Source: Bacillota bacterium
GTDB taxonomy: Bacteria; Bacillota; Desulfotomaculia; Desulfotomaculales; Nap2-2B
Assembly (NCBI GenBank): GCA_040755975.1
Contig: JBFLZY010000002.1
Location: forward strand, 27,182 to 91,181
Length of the DNA: 64,000 nucleotides
Direction: 5' to 3'
Positions 1 through 9,803 of this stretch are shown one piece after another. Positions within the stretch are counted from its first letter, which is position 1. The number at the start of each line of letters is the position of its first letter. The notes below the pieces were generated by a model. That model did no database searches. It was not told the DNA's origin and saw only the letters and a program-made list of their open reading frames with translations. The translations under genes were made by a program, and so were the position numbers.

Positions 1-160
1 AAGTTTTGCTTGAACATGTATTTTTCCGTAAGGTGCGGTTACAACGTAAATATTACATTCGGAGCCGAAGCAGAAGGGAAAAATCTAGTTTTTGGCGTAT
101 TATCATTATTAAAGTATTTTCCAATACCTGACCGGTTTCTTTCCATAATTATAATAAAAA

Positions 161-193
161 TTTCATTTTGAAACGTAAAATTTCATTGTGAAA
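161..193. promoter_or_regulatory. Tandem palindromic TTTCA-N3-TGAAA sites (putative enhancer/UAS for the sigma-54 activator)
   Basis: Two 20-nt units AAAATTTCATT(T/G)TGAAACG. Cores are TTTCATTTTGAAA 161-173 and TTTCATTGTGAAA 181-193. The identical core recurs at 4421-4433. Confidence 0.5.
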
Positions 194-305
194 CGAAGAC
201 AAATAAATTGAAAGGCCGTTTTTTACTAAATTTTAGAGAACTTTAGAAACTTACGCCTGTGGATGAACTATTTTAGCCGCTATAGAAGAAAAGCCCTATC
301 GGTAA

Positions 306-321
306 TGGTATGTTTTTTGCA
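306..321 (+). promoter_or_regulatory. sigma-54 (-24/-12) promoter
   Basis: TGGTAT-gtttt-TTGCA fits TGGCAC-N5-TTGCW with correct GG/GC spacing. The palindromes lie 113-145 nt upstream and the CoA-ligase gene lies downstream. Confidence 0.55.
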
Positions 322-653
322 AATATTATTTCAAAAATTACGCGAAAGGAGAACCCCACCGTGACCGTTCCCGGCAAGGCGGTGAGTTTGGGCGGCATTC
401 CGGCGGTGAAGGACGGGTTGAGAAGGGCTAGGTCGGGCACCAGTTCGGGGTGGGTGGGGGTTATTTTCTGCTTCCGTCGGTAGTGTTTCATTATGAAAAG
501 CCGGTATTCAAAAAAGCTTTTTTTGCACGGGAGAAGCTGGTTTAAACTTGCCGAGATTATACCAGCCATTTACATTAGAGCCGGCCTGATATTCAAAATA
601 GCTGCAAAATTTTTTAAGCAAATGTCAAATTTTTAAGGATAGGAGTGAAAAAA

Positions 654-2270
654 ATGAGTTATCCGCGTCCCTGGGTTGCAGTTTATGAAAAAGGAGGCGT
701 ACCCTTCAACATTTCATTTGAAAAAATTTCTCTGCCTGCTTTGCTGGCGCGCACGGTAAGTAAATTTCCGGAGAAAACAGCCATGATCTTCTTTGGGCGG
801 GAAACAACCTATCAACAGCTGGGGGCATGCGTTGAAAGGCTGGCCTCCGCCCTTTATGACCTGGGGGTTCGCAAGGGTGACAGAGTAGCCTTGATGCTGC
901 CCAACTGCCCCGATTTTGTAATCAGTTATTACGCTGTCTTACGCTTAGGAGCCATTGTTGTAAACACCAACCCCATGTATGTGGAAAGGGAAATAGAACA
1001 CCAGCTCAACGACTCCCAGTCCAGAATGATCATCACTTTAACCGACCTTTACCCGCGCGTGAAAAACGTTTCCGCCGGAACTCCGCTGGAGAAAGTGCTG
1101 CTGACCGGTTTTGCCGGCAAGCCGGAATTGCCGGAAGGGGCCCTCTGGCTGCCGGACCTGTATTTGAGCGAGCGCGGCCCCGCCCCGGCTGTCGAAATCG
1201 ATCCGGAGCAGGATATCGCGGTTCTGCAGTATACCGGCGGAACTACCGGCGTACCCAAGGCGGCGGCCCTAACCCACTTCAACCTGTACGCCAACACCAC
1301 CCAGGTCAATCACTTTTTCCGGGGCGAAGAAAACAAAAGGCTTATTTTATCGGTATTGCCCTTCTTCCACGTTTACGGGATGACCTGCTGCATGAATCTG
1401 GCCATTGCGGCGGGAACGACGATGATCCTGGTCCCGCGTTTCGTCCCCGCGGAAATAGCGAAGATAATCAGCCAGTACCGCCCGACGTATTTCCCCGGCG
1501 TGCCCACCATGTTTCTGGCCCTTCTGAACTGCCCCGACTTTGAAGATTTTTCCACGGTGATGGTTTACAGTTCCGGGGCGGCGCCGCTTCCGCAGGAGGT
1601 ATTTAACGGGTACGCGAAAAAGCTGGCGGGAACCGCTTCTTTGCTGGCGGAGGGGTACGGGCTTTCGGAGGCGTCGCCGGTTACCCACAGCAATCCGGTT
1701 TTTGGCGAGAATAAGCCGGGGAGCATAGGAATTCCCTATCCGGATACGGAGTGCAAGATTATGGATGCGGAAACGGGTACCCGGGTGGTTCCCGTCGGGG
1801 AGATCGGGGAGCTGGTGATCAAAGGTCCCCAGGTGATGAAATGCTACTGGAACAGGCCGGAGGAAACGGCGAAGGCGCTGCGCGACGGCTGGCTCTATAC
1901 GGGGGACCTGGCCCGCATGGATGAAGACGGCTATTTCTATATCGTTGACCGGAAAAAGGATTTGATCATTGCCGGGGGGTATAACATATATCCCAGGGAA
2001 GTCGAGGAGGCTCTCTTCACCCACCCGAAAGTTTTGGAGGCTGTGGTGGCCGGAGTGCCCGATCCTTACCGCGGGGAAACAGTTAAGGCCTATATCGTGC
2101 TGAAGGAAGGGGAGAGCGCTACGGAAGAAGAGATTATCGAGTTCTGCAGGGAGAGACTGGCCGCTTACAAAGTGCCCCGGCTCGTGGAATTTCGCAAGGA
2201 GCTGCCGAAATCCGCCGTAGGGAAACTGCTGAGGCGGGTTCTGGTTGCCGAGGAGCTTCAGAAAGGGTAA
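654..2270 (+). CDS. AMP-dependent acyl-CoA synthetase (FadD-like fatty-acid--CoA ligase)
   Basis: ORF 645-2270; ATG 654 follows AGGAG by ~8 nt. Motifs YTGGTTGVPK, GYGLSE and TGDLARMDEDGYFYIVDRKKD. Confidence 0.9.
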   Translation: MSYPRPWVAVYEKGGVPFNISFEKISLPALLARTVSKFPEKTAMIFFGRETTYQQLGACVERLASALYDLGVRKGDRVALMLPNCPDFVISYYAVLRLGAIVVNTNPMYVEREIEHQLNDSQSRMIITLTDLYPRVKNVSAGTPLEKVLLTGFAGKPELPEGALWLPDLYLSERGPAPAVEIDPEQDIAVLQYTGGTTGVPKAAALTHFNLYANTTQVNHFFRGEENKRLILSVLPFFHVYGMTCCMNLAIAAGTTMILVPRFVPAEIAKIISQYRPTYFPGVPTMFLALLNCPDFEDFSTVMVYSSGAAPLPQEVFNGYAKKLAGTASLLAEGYGLSEASPVTHSNPVFGENKPGSIGIPYPDTECKIMDAETGTRVVPVGEIGELVIKGPQVMKCYWNRPEETAKALRDGWLYTGDLARMDEDGYFYIVDRKKDLIIAGGYNIYPREVEEALFTHPKVLEAVVAGVPDPYRGETVKAYIVLKEGESATEEEIIEFCRERLAAYKVPRLVEFRKELPKSAVGKLLRRVLVAEELQKG

Positions 2271-2276
2271 GCACTT

Positions 2277-2330
2277 GCGGAGCCTCCAGCGATTTTCACA
2301 AGGCTGGTGAAAGGCCGCTGGAGGCTCCGC
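2277..2330 (+). terminator. Long perfect hairpin after the ligase gene (terminator-like, no U-tract)
   Basis: GCGGAGCCTCCAGCG (2277-2291) pairs perfectly with CGCTGGAGGCTCCGC (2316-2330). The inner pair TTTCAC/GTGAAA extends the stem. Confidence 0.4.
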
Positions 2331-2439
2331 CGGTTATCCTTAACGTGCGGAATGCGGCGGGGATATTGTGAACCGGATATTAACCCGCTGCCGGTTATTA
2401 AAGAAGTGATTTGCTTATATTGTTTAGGGAGGAATTGGG

Positions 2440-4386
2440 ATGCAAAAGGAAATTCTCATGCTTTCTCCTGGTCACGACTTCACAAAACTTGTTGGCCAAA
2501 CCTGCCGGGAAATAGGCGAAACGGGGGTTGAAATAATCGAAGTGGGCTGCCGGCGGCAGGTTTTGGAACAGGCGTTAAGTGACCCCGTGGCGAAGAATTT
2601 TAAGGTTATCATTATGAAAAGGTACTGGCGGACGTGGCTGCCGGAAGAATTTACCGTACCGGTTGTTTTCATGTACAACAATTCCTTTGATCTGTTGTAC
2701 GTATTGGCGAAGATTAAAAGGTATGTTGACTACCGGAACGTCGCCTATTTCGGTTACGAAGAAGAAGTGAAGCCGTGCAATTTTGAAGCATTTTCCGAAA
2801 TATTGGGAGAATTCAACCTGATCCCTTTCATTTTTGATTCTTCGGAACAAATCGAGCCCCAAATGCGGAAGGCAATTGAGGCCAGACCGGAAATCATCGT
2901 CACTACGGCGGCCTGTCTGGCAAGGAGAATAGAAAAAGCAGGGATACCTACGCAGGTTGTGTACCCCAGCAAGGAGTCGATTGTGGAATCGCTTCGCCGG
3001 GCGCGGGAAATAATTTTGGCCCGCAGGAAGGAAAGCGAGCGCGTTCACCAGCTTTCGGCAATACTGGATCAGCTGAACGACGGGGTTATGGTGATCGACA
3101 GCAGCAGCGAAACGATTTTGGCCGCCAACAAAAAAGCACAGGTTATTCTGGGCCTTTTGACTTTTCACGTTACGGGTATGCACATAAAAAAGACCCCTTC
3201 CCCGCTTCCCGACATCTTGAGTTCTATCGAGGAAAACAGGCATATCACTACTAAGATCGGAGAGCAGAAAATAATCATCAGCTGCCTGCCGATCTGGCTG
3301 AACAGCTGCCAGTCCGCTAAAATGATCACTTTGCGGAAGGTGGAGGACGTTGAGTTAATTGAGCAGTACATCCGCAAGGAGGCGTTGGAAAAAAGACTGG
3401 TGGCAAGAGCAACTTTTCAGGACATCAGAGGCGGGAAAAATAAGCGGATGCGGGAAGTGATTGAACAGGCGAAGAAATTTGCGCGGACAGACTCGACAAT
3501 CTTGATTACGGGCGAATCGGGCACGGGAAAAGAAATCTTCGCCCAGAGCATTCACAACGAAAGCCGCCGGAAATCCGGCCCGTTTGTGGCGATAAACTGC
3601 GCCAGCCTCCCGGAGTCCATTCTGGACAGCGAGCTTTTCGGCTATGAGCGGGGCACCTTCACCGGCGCCGATAAAAACGGCAAAATGGGTCTTTTCGAGC
3701 TTGCCCACCGGGGCACCATTTTTCTGGACGAAATAACGGAAATCCCGCTGTCCCTGCAGTCAAAACTTTTACGGGTTCTGCAGGAAAGGGAGATCCGGCG
3801 GCTCGGGGGAAGGGGCTTGATTCCCGTTGACGTCAGGGTGATTGCTGCGACAGGCGCAAATATCGAAGAGCTGGTCAGAGAAAAAAAGTTTAGGGCGGAC
3901 CTTTATTTTCGCCTGAATGTGTTAAGGCTCGACCTACCTCCTTTGAGAGAGCGGAAAGAAGACCTTGTCGAGCTGATCATCTGGTTCTACCATCAGAAAC
4001 TGGAGGAACTGAGGCGCTGCGGGGTGGAAATCAGTGCGGGCGTGGACATATCCGAGGAACTCATAAACCGGTTGACGGCCTACTCCTGGCCGGGTAATAT
4101 CCGGGAGCTGCTGAATGTTATTGAGAGGCTTCTGCTCACCGGTTCCGTTGAGAACCTGGGCATGAACTGGTCGGAATCTGAGGAAGAGAAAACTTTTGGC
4201 TTGAGGGCGGCTGAAAGATCGGAAATATTAAGAATACCTCTAAAAGATGATGCGAATTTCCAGGAGCAGGTAATCGTGGAACTGCTCAAAAAGTATGGTT
4301 CAAACAAGGAAAAGGTCGCCAGGGTGCTGGGGATCAGCAGGACGACCCTCTGGAGGAAGATGAGGTCTTTAAAGTTATCTGTTTAG
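2440..4386 (+). CDS. sigma-54-dependent transcriptional activator (PrpR_N-like sensor + PAS + AAA+ + Fis-type HTH)
   Basis: GGGAGG RBS. Walker A GESGTGKE, GAFTGA-type loop ERGTFTGA, ESELFGYE-like region, C-terminal HTH ARVLGISRTTLWRKM. Confidence 0.9.
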   Translation: MQKEILMLSPGHDFTKLVGQTCREIGETGVEIIEVGCRRQVLEQALSDPVAKNFKVIIMKRYWRTWLPEEFTVPVVFMYNNSFDLLYVLAKIKRYVDYRNVAYFGYEEEVKPCNFEAFSEILGEFNLIPFIFDSSEQIEPQMRKAIEARPEIIVTTAACLARRIEKAGIPTQVVYPSKESIVESLRRAREIILARRKESERVHQLSAILDQLNDGVMVIDSSSETILAANKKAQVILGLLTFHVTGMHIKKTPSPLPDILSSIEENRHITTKIGEQKIIISCLPIWLNSCQSAKMITLRKVEDVELIEQYIRKEALEKRLVARATFQDIRGGKNKRMREVIEQAKKFARTDSTILITGESGTGKEIFAQSIHNESRRKSGPFVAINCASLPESILDSELFGYERGTFTGADKNGKMGLFELAHRGTIFLDEITEIPLSLQSKLLRVLQEREIRRLGGRGLIPVDVRVIAATGANIEELVREKKFRADLYFRLNVLRLDLPPLRERKEDLVELIIWFYHQKLEELRRCGVEISAGVDISEELINRLTAYSWPGNIRELLNVIERLLLTGSVENLGMNWSESEEEKTFGLRAAERSEILRIPLKDDANFQEQVIVELLKKYGSNKEKVARVLGISRTTLWRKMRSLKLSV

Positions 4387-4420
4387 TTTTTCAAAATGGG
4401 ATATCTTCATGCAATGGCTG

Positions 4421-4433
4421 TTTCATTGTGAAA
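4421..4433. promoter_or_regulatory. TTTCATTGTGAAA palindrome (putative activator site)
   Basis: Exact copy of the 181-193 core, 55 nt upstream of the 4488 promoter. A degenerate copy TTTCAAAATGGGA lies at 4388-4400. Confidence 0.5.
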
Positions 4434-4487
4434 AGGGGAGAAGTGAATCTATCGCGTTTATGCCTGTCCGATCTCCGGTTATTTTAC

Positions 4488-4503
4488 TGGCACGTTTTTT
4501 GCA
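4488..4503 (+). promoter_or_regulatory. sigma-54 (-24/-12) promoter of the beta-oxidation operon
   Basis: TGGCAC-gtttt-TTGCA is a perfect consensus match. It sits just upstream of hbd. Confidence 0.75.
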
Positions 4504-4558
4504 CGTTTAAGGAACACAGAGAAAAATGGCTGAATACTTACGAAAGGAGATTTTTTCC

Positions 4559-5434
4559 ATGACCTACCCGGGCATTAAGAACATCTGCGTCGTGGGGGCT
4601 GGCAACATGGGCCACCAGATCGCCCTGTGCGCGGCTCTGGCCGGCTACAGGGTGAAGTGCACCGACATCGATCCTGGTGTTCTGCAGAAGGCGGAGCAGT
4701 TTGCCGATAAATACCTACCCGAGCGGGTGGCGAAGGGCAAGCTCGGCGAAGAGGCCGCCCGGCAGGCACGCGCCAATCTGTCGTTTACGACGAGCCTGGA
4801 GGAGGCGGCCGGCGATGCCGACTTTGTCATTGAAGCCATCCTGGAAAAACTCGACCTCAAACGCCGGCTGTTTGCCCAGCTGGATAAAATCGCCCCGCCG
4901 CACGCAATCCTGGTGACGAACAGCTCATTTATCGTCAGCTCCAAAATTGCCGACGTGACCGGCCGCCCCGAAAAAGTCTGCAACATGCACTTTTTCAACC
5001 CTGCTCTGGTTATGAAGCTGGTGGAAGTGGTGAAAGGGCCCCACGTCTCCGACGAGACCGCCCAGACCGTAATGGAAGTGAGCAAGAGCATGGGGAAAAC
5101 CCCTGTTCTTCTCAAGAAAGAGATTTACGGTTTTCTGGTCAACCGCATCGTAGCCGCCATCAATCACGAAGCCCTTTACCTTTACGATATGGGCATCGCC
5201 TCCTATGAAGACATAGACACCGCCGTTGTTCACGCTTTGGGCCACCCAATGGGTCCTTTCAGGCTTATGGATTTAACGGGCATCGACCTGTCCTACTACA
5301 TCGGCATGGAGCGCTACCGGGAAACGGGAGATCCCGCCCACAAGCCCTCTCCGGTTATCGTGGAAAAGTTCATCAAAAAGGAATGGGGCCGGAAGACCGG
5401 TAAGGGGTTTTACGACTACGGGGAAGATAAGTAA
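4559..5434 (+). CDS. hbd: 3-hydroxybutyryl-CoA dehydrogenase
   Basis: ORF 4526-5434; ATG 4559 lies 9 nt after AGGAG. Motifs VVGAGNMG (NAD fold), NSS and HFFNPA. Confidence 0.9.
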   Translation: MTYPGIKNICVVGAGNMGHQIALCAALAGYRVKCTDIDPGVLQKAEQFADKYLPERVAKGKLGEEAARQARANLSFTTSLEEAAGDADFVIEAILEKLDLKRRLFAQLDKIAPPHAILVTNSSFIVSSKIADVTGRPEKVCNMHFFNPALVMKLVEVVKGPHVSDETAQTVMEVSKSMGKTPVLLKKEIYGFLVNRIVAAINHEALYLYDMGIASYEDIDTAVVHALGHPMGPFRLMDLTGIDLSYYIGMERYRETGDPAHKPSPVIVEKFIKKEWGRKTGKGFYDYGEDK

Positions 5435-5540
5435 AGTTACCAAGTCGCCTTGAGTAAACCTTGAATGCAAAAAACTGAATCACGCTGGGTAAAAAAAGTT
5501 GCTGGACGGAAAACTTTAAATGCTCGGGAGGTTTCTTAAG

Positions 5541-6683
5541 TTGATTGATTTTAAGCTTACCGATGAGCAGGAACAGATCCGGAAGCTGGCCGCATCCTTC
5601 GCCGAAAAAGAGATCATCCCCGCCGCCGCCGAGTACGACGAAAAAGAAGAAGTGCCCTGGCACATAATCGAGAAGGCCCACGCAGTGGGTTTGATAAACC
5701 TGCACGTGCCCGTTGAGTACGGCGGCCAGGGCCTTGACCACGTTACGGGTGCTCTCGTCACCGAAGAGCTTGCCTACGGCTGCCTGGGCATTACGGGGAC
5801 TTTCGGAAACAACAACCTTGCCCTGGCTCCTGTCCTGCTGGCGGGAACGGAGGAACAAAAACAGAGGTTCCTTCCCCCTTTCTGCGCCCGGCCGCAGCTG
5901 GGGGGTTTCTGCCTGACGGAACCGAACGCCGGCTCCGACGTGGCCAACATATCCACGAGCGCCCGGTTAAAAGGTGACAAATATATAATTAACGGGCAAA
6001 AGTGCTTCATCACCAACGGGGGAATAGCAAACCTGTACACCGCCTTTGCCAAAACCGACCCGGCCAAAGGCGTCCGGGGCTTGAGCGCTTTTATCGTCCC
6101 CGGCGACACCCCGGGTTTGCGGGGCGGAAAGAAAGAAAAAAAGATGGGCGACCGGGCCTCTCACGTAGGGGAGGTTATTTTTGAAGATGTCTGTGTGCCC
6201 CAAGAAAACCTTTTAGGAAAAGAAGGGGACGGCTTCAAGATCGCCATGATGACCCTCGACAGCACGCGCCCGGGTATTGGCGCGCTCGCCGTCGGCGTGG
6301 CCCGGCGGGCCTTTACCGAGGCGCTTAAATACGCCCGGCAGCGTGTGCAGTTCGGGAAGCCCATCGCCGAAAACCAGGCCATCCAGTTCCTGCTGGCCGA
6401 CATGGCCATGAAGATAGAAGCGGCGCGCGGCCTGGTCTTAAAGGCCTGCTGGCTTTTGGACCAGGGTCTGCGGGCCACCAAAGAAGGTGCCATGGCCAAA
6501 TGCTTTGCCTCCGATGTGGCCATGGCGGTAACCGTGGACGCCGTGCAGATTCACGGCGGGTACGGGTATATGCGGGAATACCCCGTGGAAAAACTCATGC
6601 GCGACGCCAAGATCCTGCAGATATACGAAGGCACGAACCAGATCCAGCGCCTGGTCATTGCCAGGGAGCTGCTGTTCAGGTAA
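5541..6683 (+). CDS. acyl-CoA dehydrogenase (short/butyryl-CoA type)
   Basis: ORF 5520-6683; TTG 5541 lies 9 nt after GGGAGG. Motifs TEPNAGSD and YEGTNQIQRLVIAREL. Confidence 0.9.
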   Translation: MIDFKLTDEQEQIRKLAASFAEKEIIPAAAEYDEKEEVPWHIIEKAHAVGLINLHVPVEYGGQGLDHVTGALVTEELAYGCLGITGTFGNNNLALAPVLLAGTEEQKQRFLPPFCARPQLGGFCLTEPNAGSDVANISTSARLKGDKYIINGQKCFITNGGIANLYTAFAKTDPAKGVRGLSAFIVPGDTPGLRGGKKEKKMGDRASHVGEVIFEDVCVPQENLLGKEGDGFKIAMMTLDSTRPGIGALAVGVARRAFTEALKYARQRVQFGKPIAENQAIQFLLADMAMKIEAARGLVLKACWLLDQGLRATKEGAMAKCFASDVAMAVTVDAVQIHGGYGYMREYPVEKLMRDAKILQIYEGTNQIQRLVIARELLFR

Positions 6684-6717
6684 TTTCTTTATGCTCAAAT
6701 AAAGAAGGGAGAAGACC

Positions 6718-7899
6718 ATGCCGCAGCCGGTAATCCTAAGCGCAGTAAGAACGCCGATCGCAAAAGAAAACGGAGCGTTAAAAGACGTTCCCCCCGAAGA
6801 CTACGCCGCCCTGGTCATCAAAGAAGCCGTCCAAAGAAGCGGCATAAATAACCCCGGCATAATCGACGAAGTCATCTTCGGCCACTGCCTCGGGGCGGCG
6901 GGCTGCCTGGCCCGGGTGGCCCTTTTGAAGGCCGGCCTGCCGCTGGAGATCCCGGGCCTGACCGTGGACAGGCAGTGCGGCTCGGGATCGACGGCCGTCA
7001 ACGTAGCCGCCGCCTTCATTCAGGCCGGCGCCGGCGAGGTTTACGTCGCCGGCGGCGTGGAAAGCATGACCCGCCAGCCCTACCTTTTGGAAAAACCCGT
7101 AACCGCCTACCAGCGCAACGCCCCCAGGTGGATCCAGCCGCGCCCCCTCGCCCCCGCCGAAATCGGCGACCCGCCCATGGGCATAACCGCCGAAAACGTC
7201 GCCGAAAGGTGGGGGATCAGCCGCGAAGAGCAGGACGAGTTCGCCTGCTTAAGCCAGCTCAAGGCGGCCAGAGCCCTAAAAGAAGGGCGCTTTCAAGAAC
7301 AAATCGTTCCCGTCGTCATCCCCCAAAAAAAGGGGGACCCCGTAATCTTCGATACGGACGAACACCCGCGCCCCAACACCACAAAAGAAGTCCTGGCCAA
7401 ACTCCCCCCCGTCTTCAAGCCCGGGGGCACCGTCACCGCGGGGAACTCCTCGGGAATTAACGACGGGGCGGGAGCCCTGGTCCTGGCGAGCCTGGACAAA
7501 GCAAAACAAATGGGCCGAAAACCCCTGGCCGGGATCGTCTCCTTTGCCGCCGCCGGCGTGGACCCCAACATCATGGGCATCGGCCCCGTGCCGGCCACCC
7601 GCAAGGCCCTGGCCAGAGCCGGCCTCGCCTTAAACGACCTGGACGTAATCGAACTGAACGAAGCCTTTGCCGCCCAGTCCATCGCCTGCTGCCGGGAACT
7701 GGGCATCGACTGGCGCGACCAGGAAAAGTTCAACCCCAACGGAGGAGCCATCGCCCTCGGGCACCCCATCGCCGGCAGCCTGGCCATTCTGATGGTCAAG
7801 GCCGTCTACGAGCTGCACCGCCGGGGGGGCCGGTACGCCCTGGTGACCGCCTGCTGCGGCGGCGGGCAGGGAGTGGCGACGGTGATCGAGCGGTATTAA
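6718..7899 (+). CDS. acetyl-CoA C-acetyltransferase (thiolase II)
   Basis: VDRQCGSG (nucleophile Cys), [17 protein letters not shown]-terminal CCGGGQG. Confidence 0.9.
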   Translation: MPQPVILSAVRTPIAKENGALKDVPPEDYAALVIKEAVQRSGINNPGIIDEVIFGHCLGAAGCLARVALLKAGLPLEIPGLTVDRQCGSGSTAVNVAAAFIQAGAGEVYVAGGVESMTRQPYLLEKPVTAYQRNAPRWIQPRPLAPAEIGDPPMGITAENVAERWGISREEQDEFACLSQLKAARALKEGRFQEQIVPVVIPQKKGDPVIFDTDEHPRPNTTKEVLAKLPPVFKPGGTVTAGNSSGINDGAGALVLASLDKAKQMGRKPLAGIVSFAAAGVDPNIMGIGPVPATRKALARAGLALNDLDVIELNEAFAAQSIACCRELGIDWRDQEKFNPNGGAIALGHPIAGSLAILMVKAVYELHRRGGRYALVTACCGGGQGVATVIERY

Positions 7900-7990
7900 G
7901 AAGCCGGTGCCAGAAAAAGCCGGTCAAAAGGGTACTATATATGGTTATTATATATTAAATTATTGGAAAAATATGGTGAGGTGCATTGAA

Positions 7991-8764
7991 TTGGAGTACA
8001 CGAACATTATTGTAGAGCTGGATGAAAAAGTTGCCCTTGTGACCCTTAACCGCCCGCCCGTAAACAGCATCAACTCCGGTTTGCTGGAGGAGCTCAACGA
8101 CATTCTGGATAAGCTGGCCCAGAGCCAGGAAGCAAGGGTGCTGGTAATTACGGGTGCGGGTGAAAAGGCTTTTTCGGCGGGAGCCGACATTACCGAGTTT
8201 GCCGAGATCAGGGCGGGAAAAAAGCGGGCCGTTGACGTTCACGATCTCTTCTTTAAAATTGAAAATTTGACCAAACCGGTCATTGCAGCCATTAACGGTT
8301 ATGCCCTGGGGGGCGGCTGCGAGCTGGCGATGAGCTGCCACCTGCGCATCGCCGCCCGGGAGGCCAAAATTGGCCTGCCGGAGGTCCGCCTGGGCATTAT
8401 TCCCGGGTGGGGCGGCACCCAGCGCCTGCCCAGGCTTATTGGGAAAGCCAAAGCTTTGGAGCTGATGCTGACCGGTGACCACATTAGCGCCGAAGAAGCC
8501 ATGCGCCTCGGGCTGGTAAACAAGGTTGTGCCGGGGGTGGAGCTTATGGACGAAACGAGGAAGCTGGCCGGGCGGCTGGCCAGCGGTGCACCTCTTGCCA
8601 TGCAGGCTATTTTAAGGGCCGTGACCAAGGGGTTGGAGGTGCCCATCGAGGAAGGAATTAAATTTGAAAAGGAAGGAACGGCCCTGGTTTTCTCCAGCGA
8701 GGACGCCAAAGAAGGATCGAAGGCCTTCCTGGAGAAGCGGGCGCCGGTGTTCACGGGCCGGTAG
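7991..8764 (+). CDS. enoyl-CoA hydratase (crotonase)
   Basis: ORF 7907-8764; TTG 7991 lies 7 nt after GGTGAGGTG (alternative ATG 7973). Motifs AFSAGADI and GGGCELAMSC. Confidence 0.85.
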   Translation: MEYTNIIVELDEKVALVTLNRPPVNSINSGLLEELNDILDKLAQSQEARVLVITGAGEKAFSAGADITEFAEIRAGKKRAVDVHDLFFKIENLTKPVIAAINGYALGGGCELAMSCHLRIAAREAKIGLPEVRLGIIPGWGGTQRLPRLIGKAKALELMLTGDHISAEEAMRLGLVNKVVPGVELMDETRKLAGRLASGAPLAMQAILRAVTKGLEVPIEEGIKFEKEGTALVFSSEDAKEGSKAFLEKRAPVFTGR

Positions 8765-8900
8765 GGAAAACTGCGGCGGGTTTTTAACCCCCGGTATAAA
8801 GGGCTGAAGTTCTGAAAAAAAGGACGGGGTGCTTCAGCCCGGAAGGAAAATTCGTAAGAGTTTTCAAAACTTTGCTCATATTAAGGGGAGGTTGAAAATA

Positions 8901-9803
8901 GTGGCGAGCCCGGAAAGTCTGGCGATCCGGCAGTTTCTGGTGAACTACAAAAAGAGCAAGTCCGGGAAGCAGTTTTCAGCTGAAGAATCAAGACGGGAAC
9001 TGGAGGCGATGTTCGGCAACAGGCCCCTCGATCCGGATGTGCGGGTCGAAAAGATTGCGGTGGAAGGGATTCCCGCCGAGTGGGTGAGCGCGCCAGGCGC
9101 AGCGCAGGATCGTGCGATCCTGTACCTCCACGGCGGCGGGTACTGCATGGGGAGCTGCAACACGCACCGGGGAATGGCGGCCAAACTTTCCCGGGCCGCG
9201 TCCGCCCGGGCTCTGCTCATAGAGTACCGGCTCGCCCCGGAGAATCCTTTCCCGGCCGCGCTGGAGGATGCCGTCTCCGCTTACCGGTGGCTGATTTCGT
9301 CGGGGTTCGCCCCCGGGAGTGTCGCAGTAGCCGGAGACTCGGCCGGCGGAGGGCTTGCCGTGGCTACACTCGTCAAGCTGCGGGACGAAGGAGATCCCCT
9401 GCCCGCCGCCGCCGTGCTGATGTCTCCGTGGACGGACCTGGAAGGTACCGGGGAATCAATGAAGACCCGGGCGGAATTCGATCCCTGGCTGAGGCCGGAA
9501 GAGAGCAGGCCCATGGCCGCCCTTTACACTCGTGACCTGGACCCGCGCCATCCTTTGGTGTCCCCAATTTACGCCGATTTGCAGGGGCTTCCGCCAATGC
9601 TGGTTCACGTCGGCGAAGACGAAATCCTCCTCGATGATTCGGTCCGCCTGGTTGAGCGGGCCCGCGCCGCCGGCGTTGAGGTGACGTTTAAAATCTGGGA
9701 GGGCATGTGGCACGTTTTCCAGGCTTTTGCGGAAAAGGTGCCGGAGGGGCGCCGGGCCATAGAAGAAATCGGGGAGTATGTGGCCGGGAAGCTTCGTTTT
9801 TAA
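8901..9803 (+). CDS. alpha/beta hydrolase, HSL-type esterase/lipase
   Basis: ORF 8829-9803; GTG 8901 follows AGGGGAGG. Oxyanion HGGGY and nucleophile elbow GDSAGG. Confidence 0.85.
   Translation: MASPESLAIRQFLVNYKKSKSGKQFSAEESRRELEAMFGNRPLDPDVRVEKIAVEGIPAEWVSAPGAAQDRAILYLHGGGYCMGSCNTHRGMAAKLSRAASARALLIEYRLAPENPFPAALEDAVSAYRWLISSGFAPGSVAVAGDSAGGGLAVATLVKLRDEGDPLPAAAVLMSPWTDLEGTGESMKTRAEFDPWLRPEESRPMAALYTRDLDPRHPLVSPIYADLQGLPPMLVHVGEDEILLDDSVRLVERARAAGVEVTFKIWEGMWHVFQAFAEKVPEGRRAIEEIGEYVAGKLRF

Noticed and set aside
273-569. The 98-aa minus-strand ORF at the left edge, considered as a real gene.
   Set aside because: Neither Met codon has an RBS. It overlaps the sigma-54 promoter and an SD-preceded plus-strand sORF, and I recognise no family. 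It is kept only as an alternative in the sORF finding.
6975-7460. Arg/Pro/Gly-rich alternate-frame ORFs on the sense strand (6975-7460, 9080-9535, 21453-21890, 33564-34037, 52693-53241, 63124-63633).
   Set aside because: These are out-of-frame read-throughs of strongly supported genes, with the typical high-GC frame-shift composition (RRRRPG...). They show no independent start signals.
9708-9724. Additional TGGCAC hexamers (9708, 12529, 63691) checked as sigma-54 promoters.
   Set aside because: None has a TTGC -12 element at the required N5 spacing. Two of them lie inside coding sequence.
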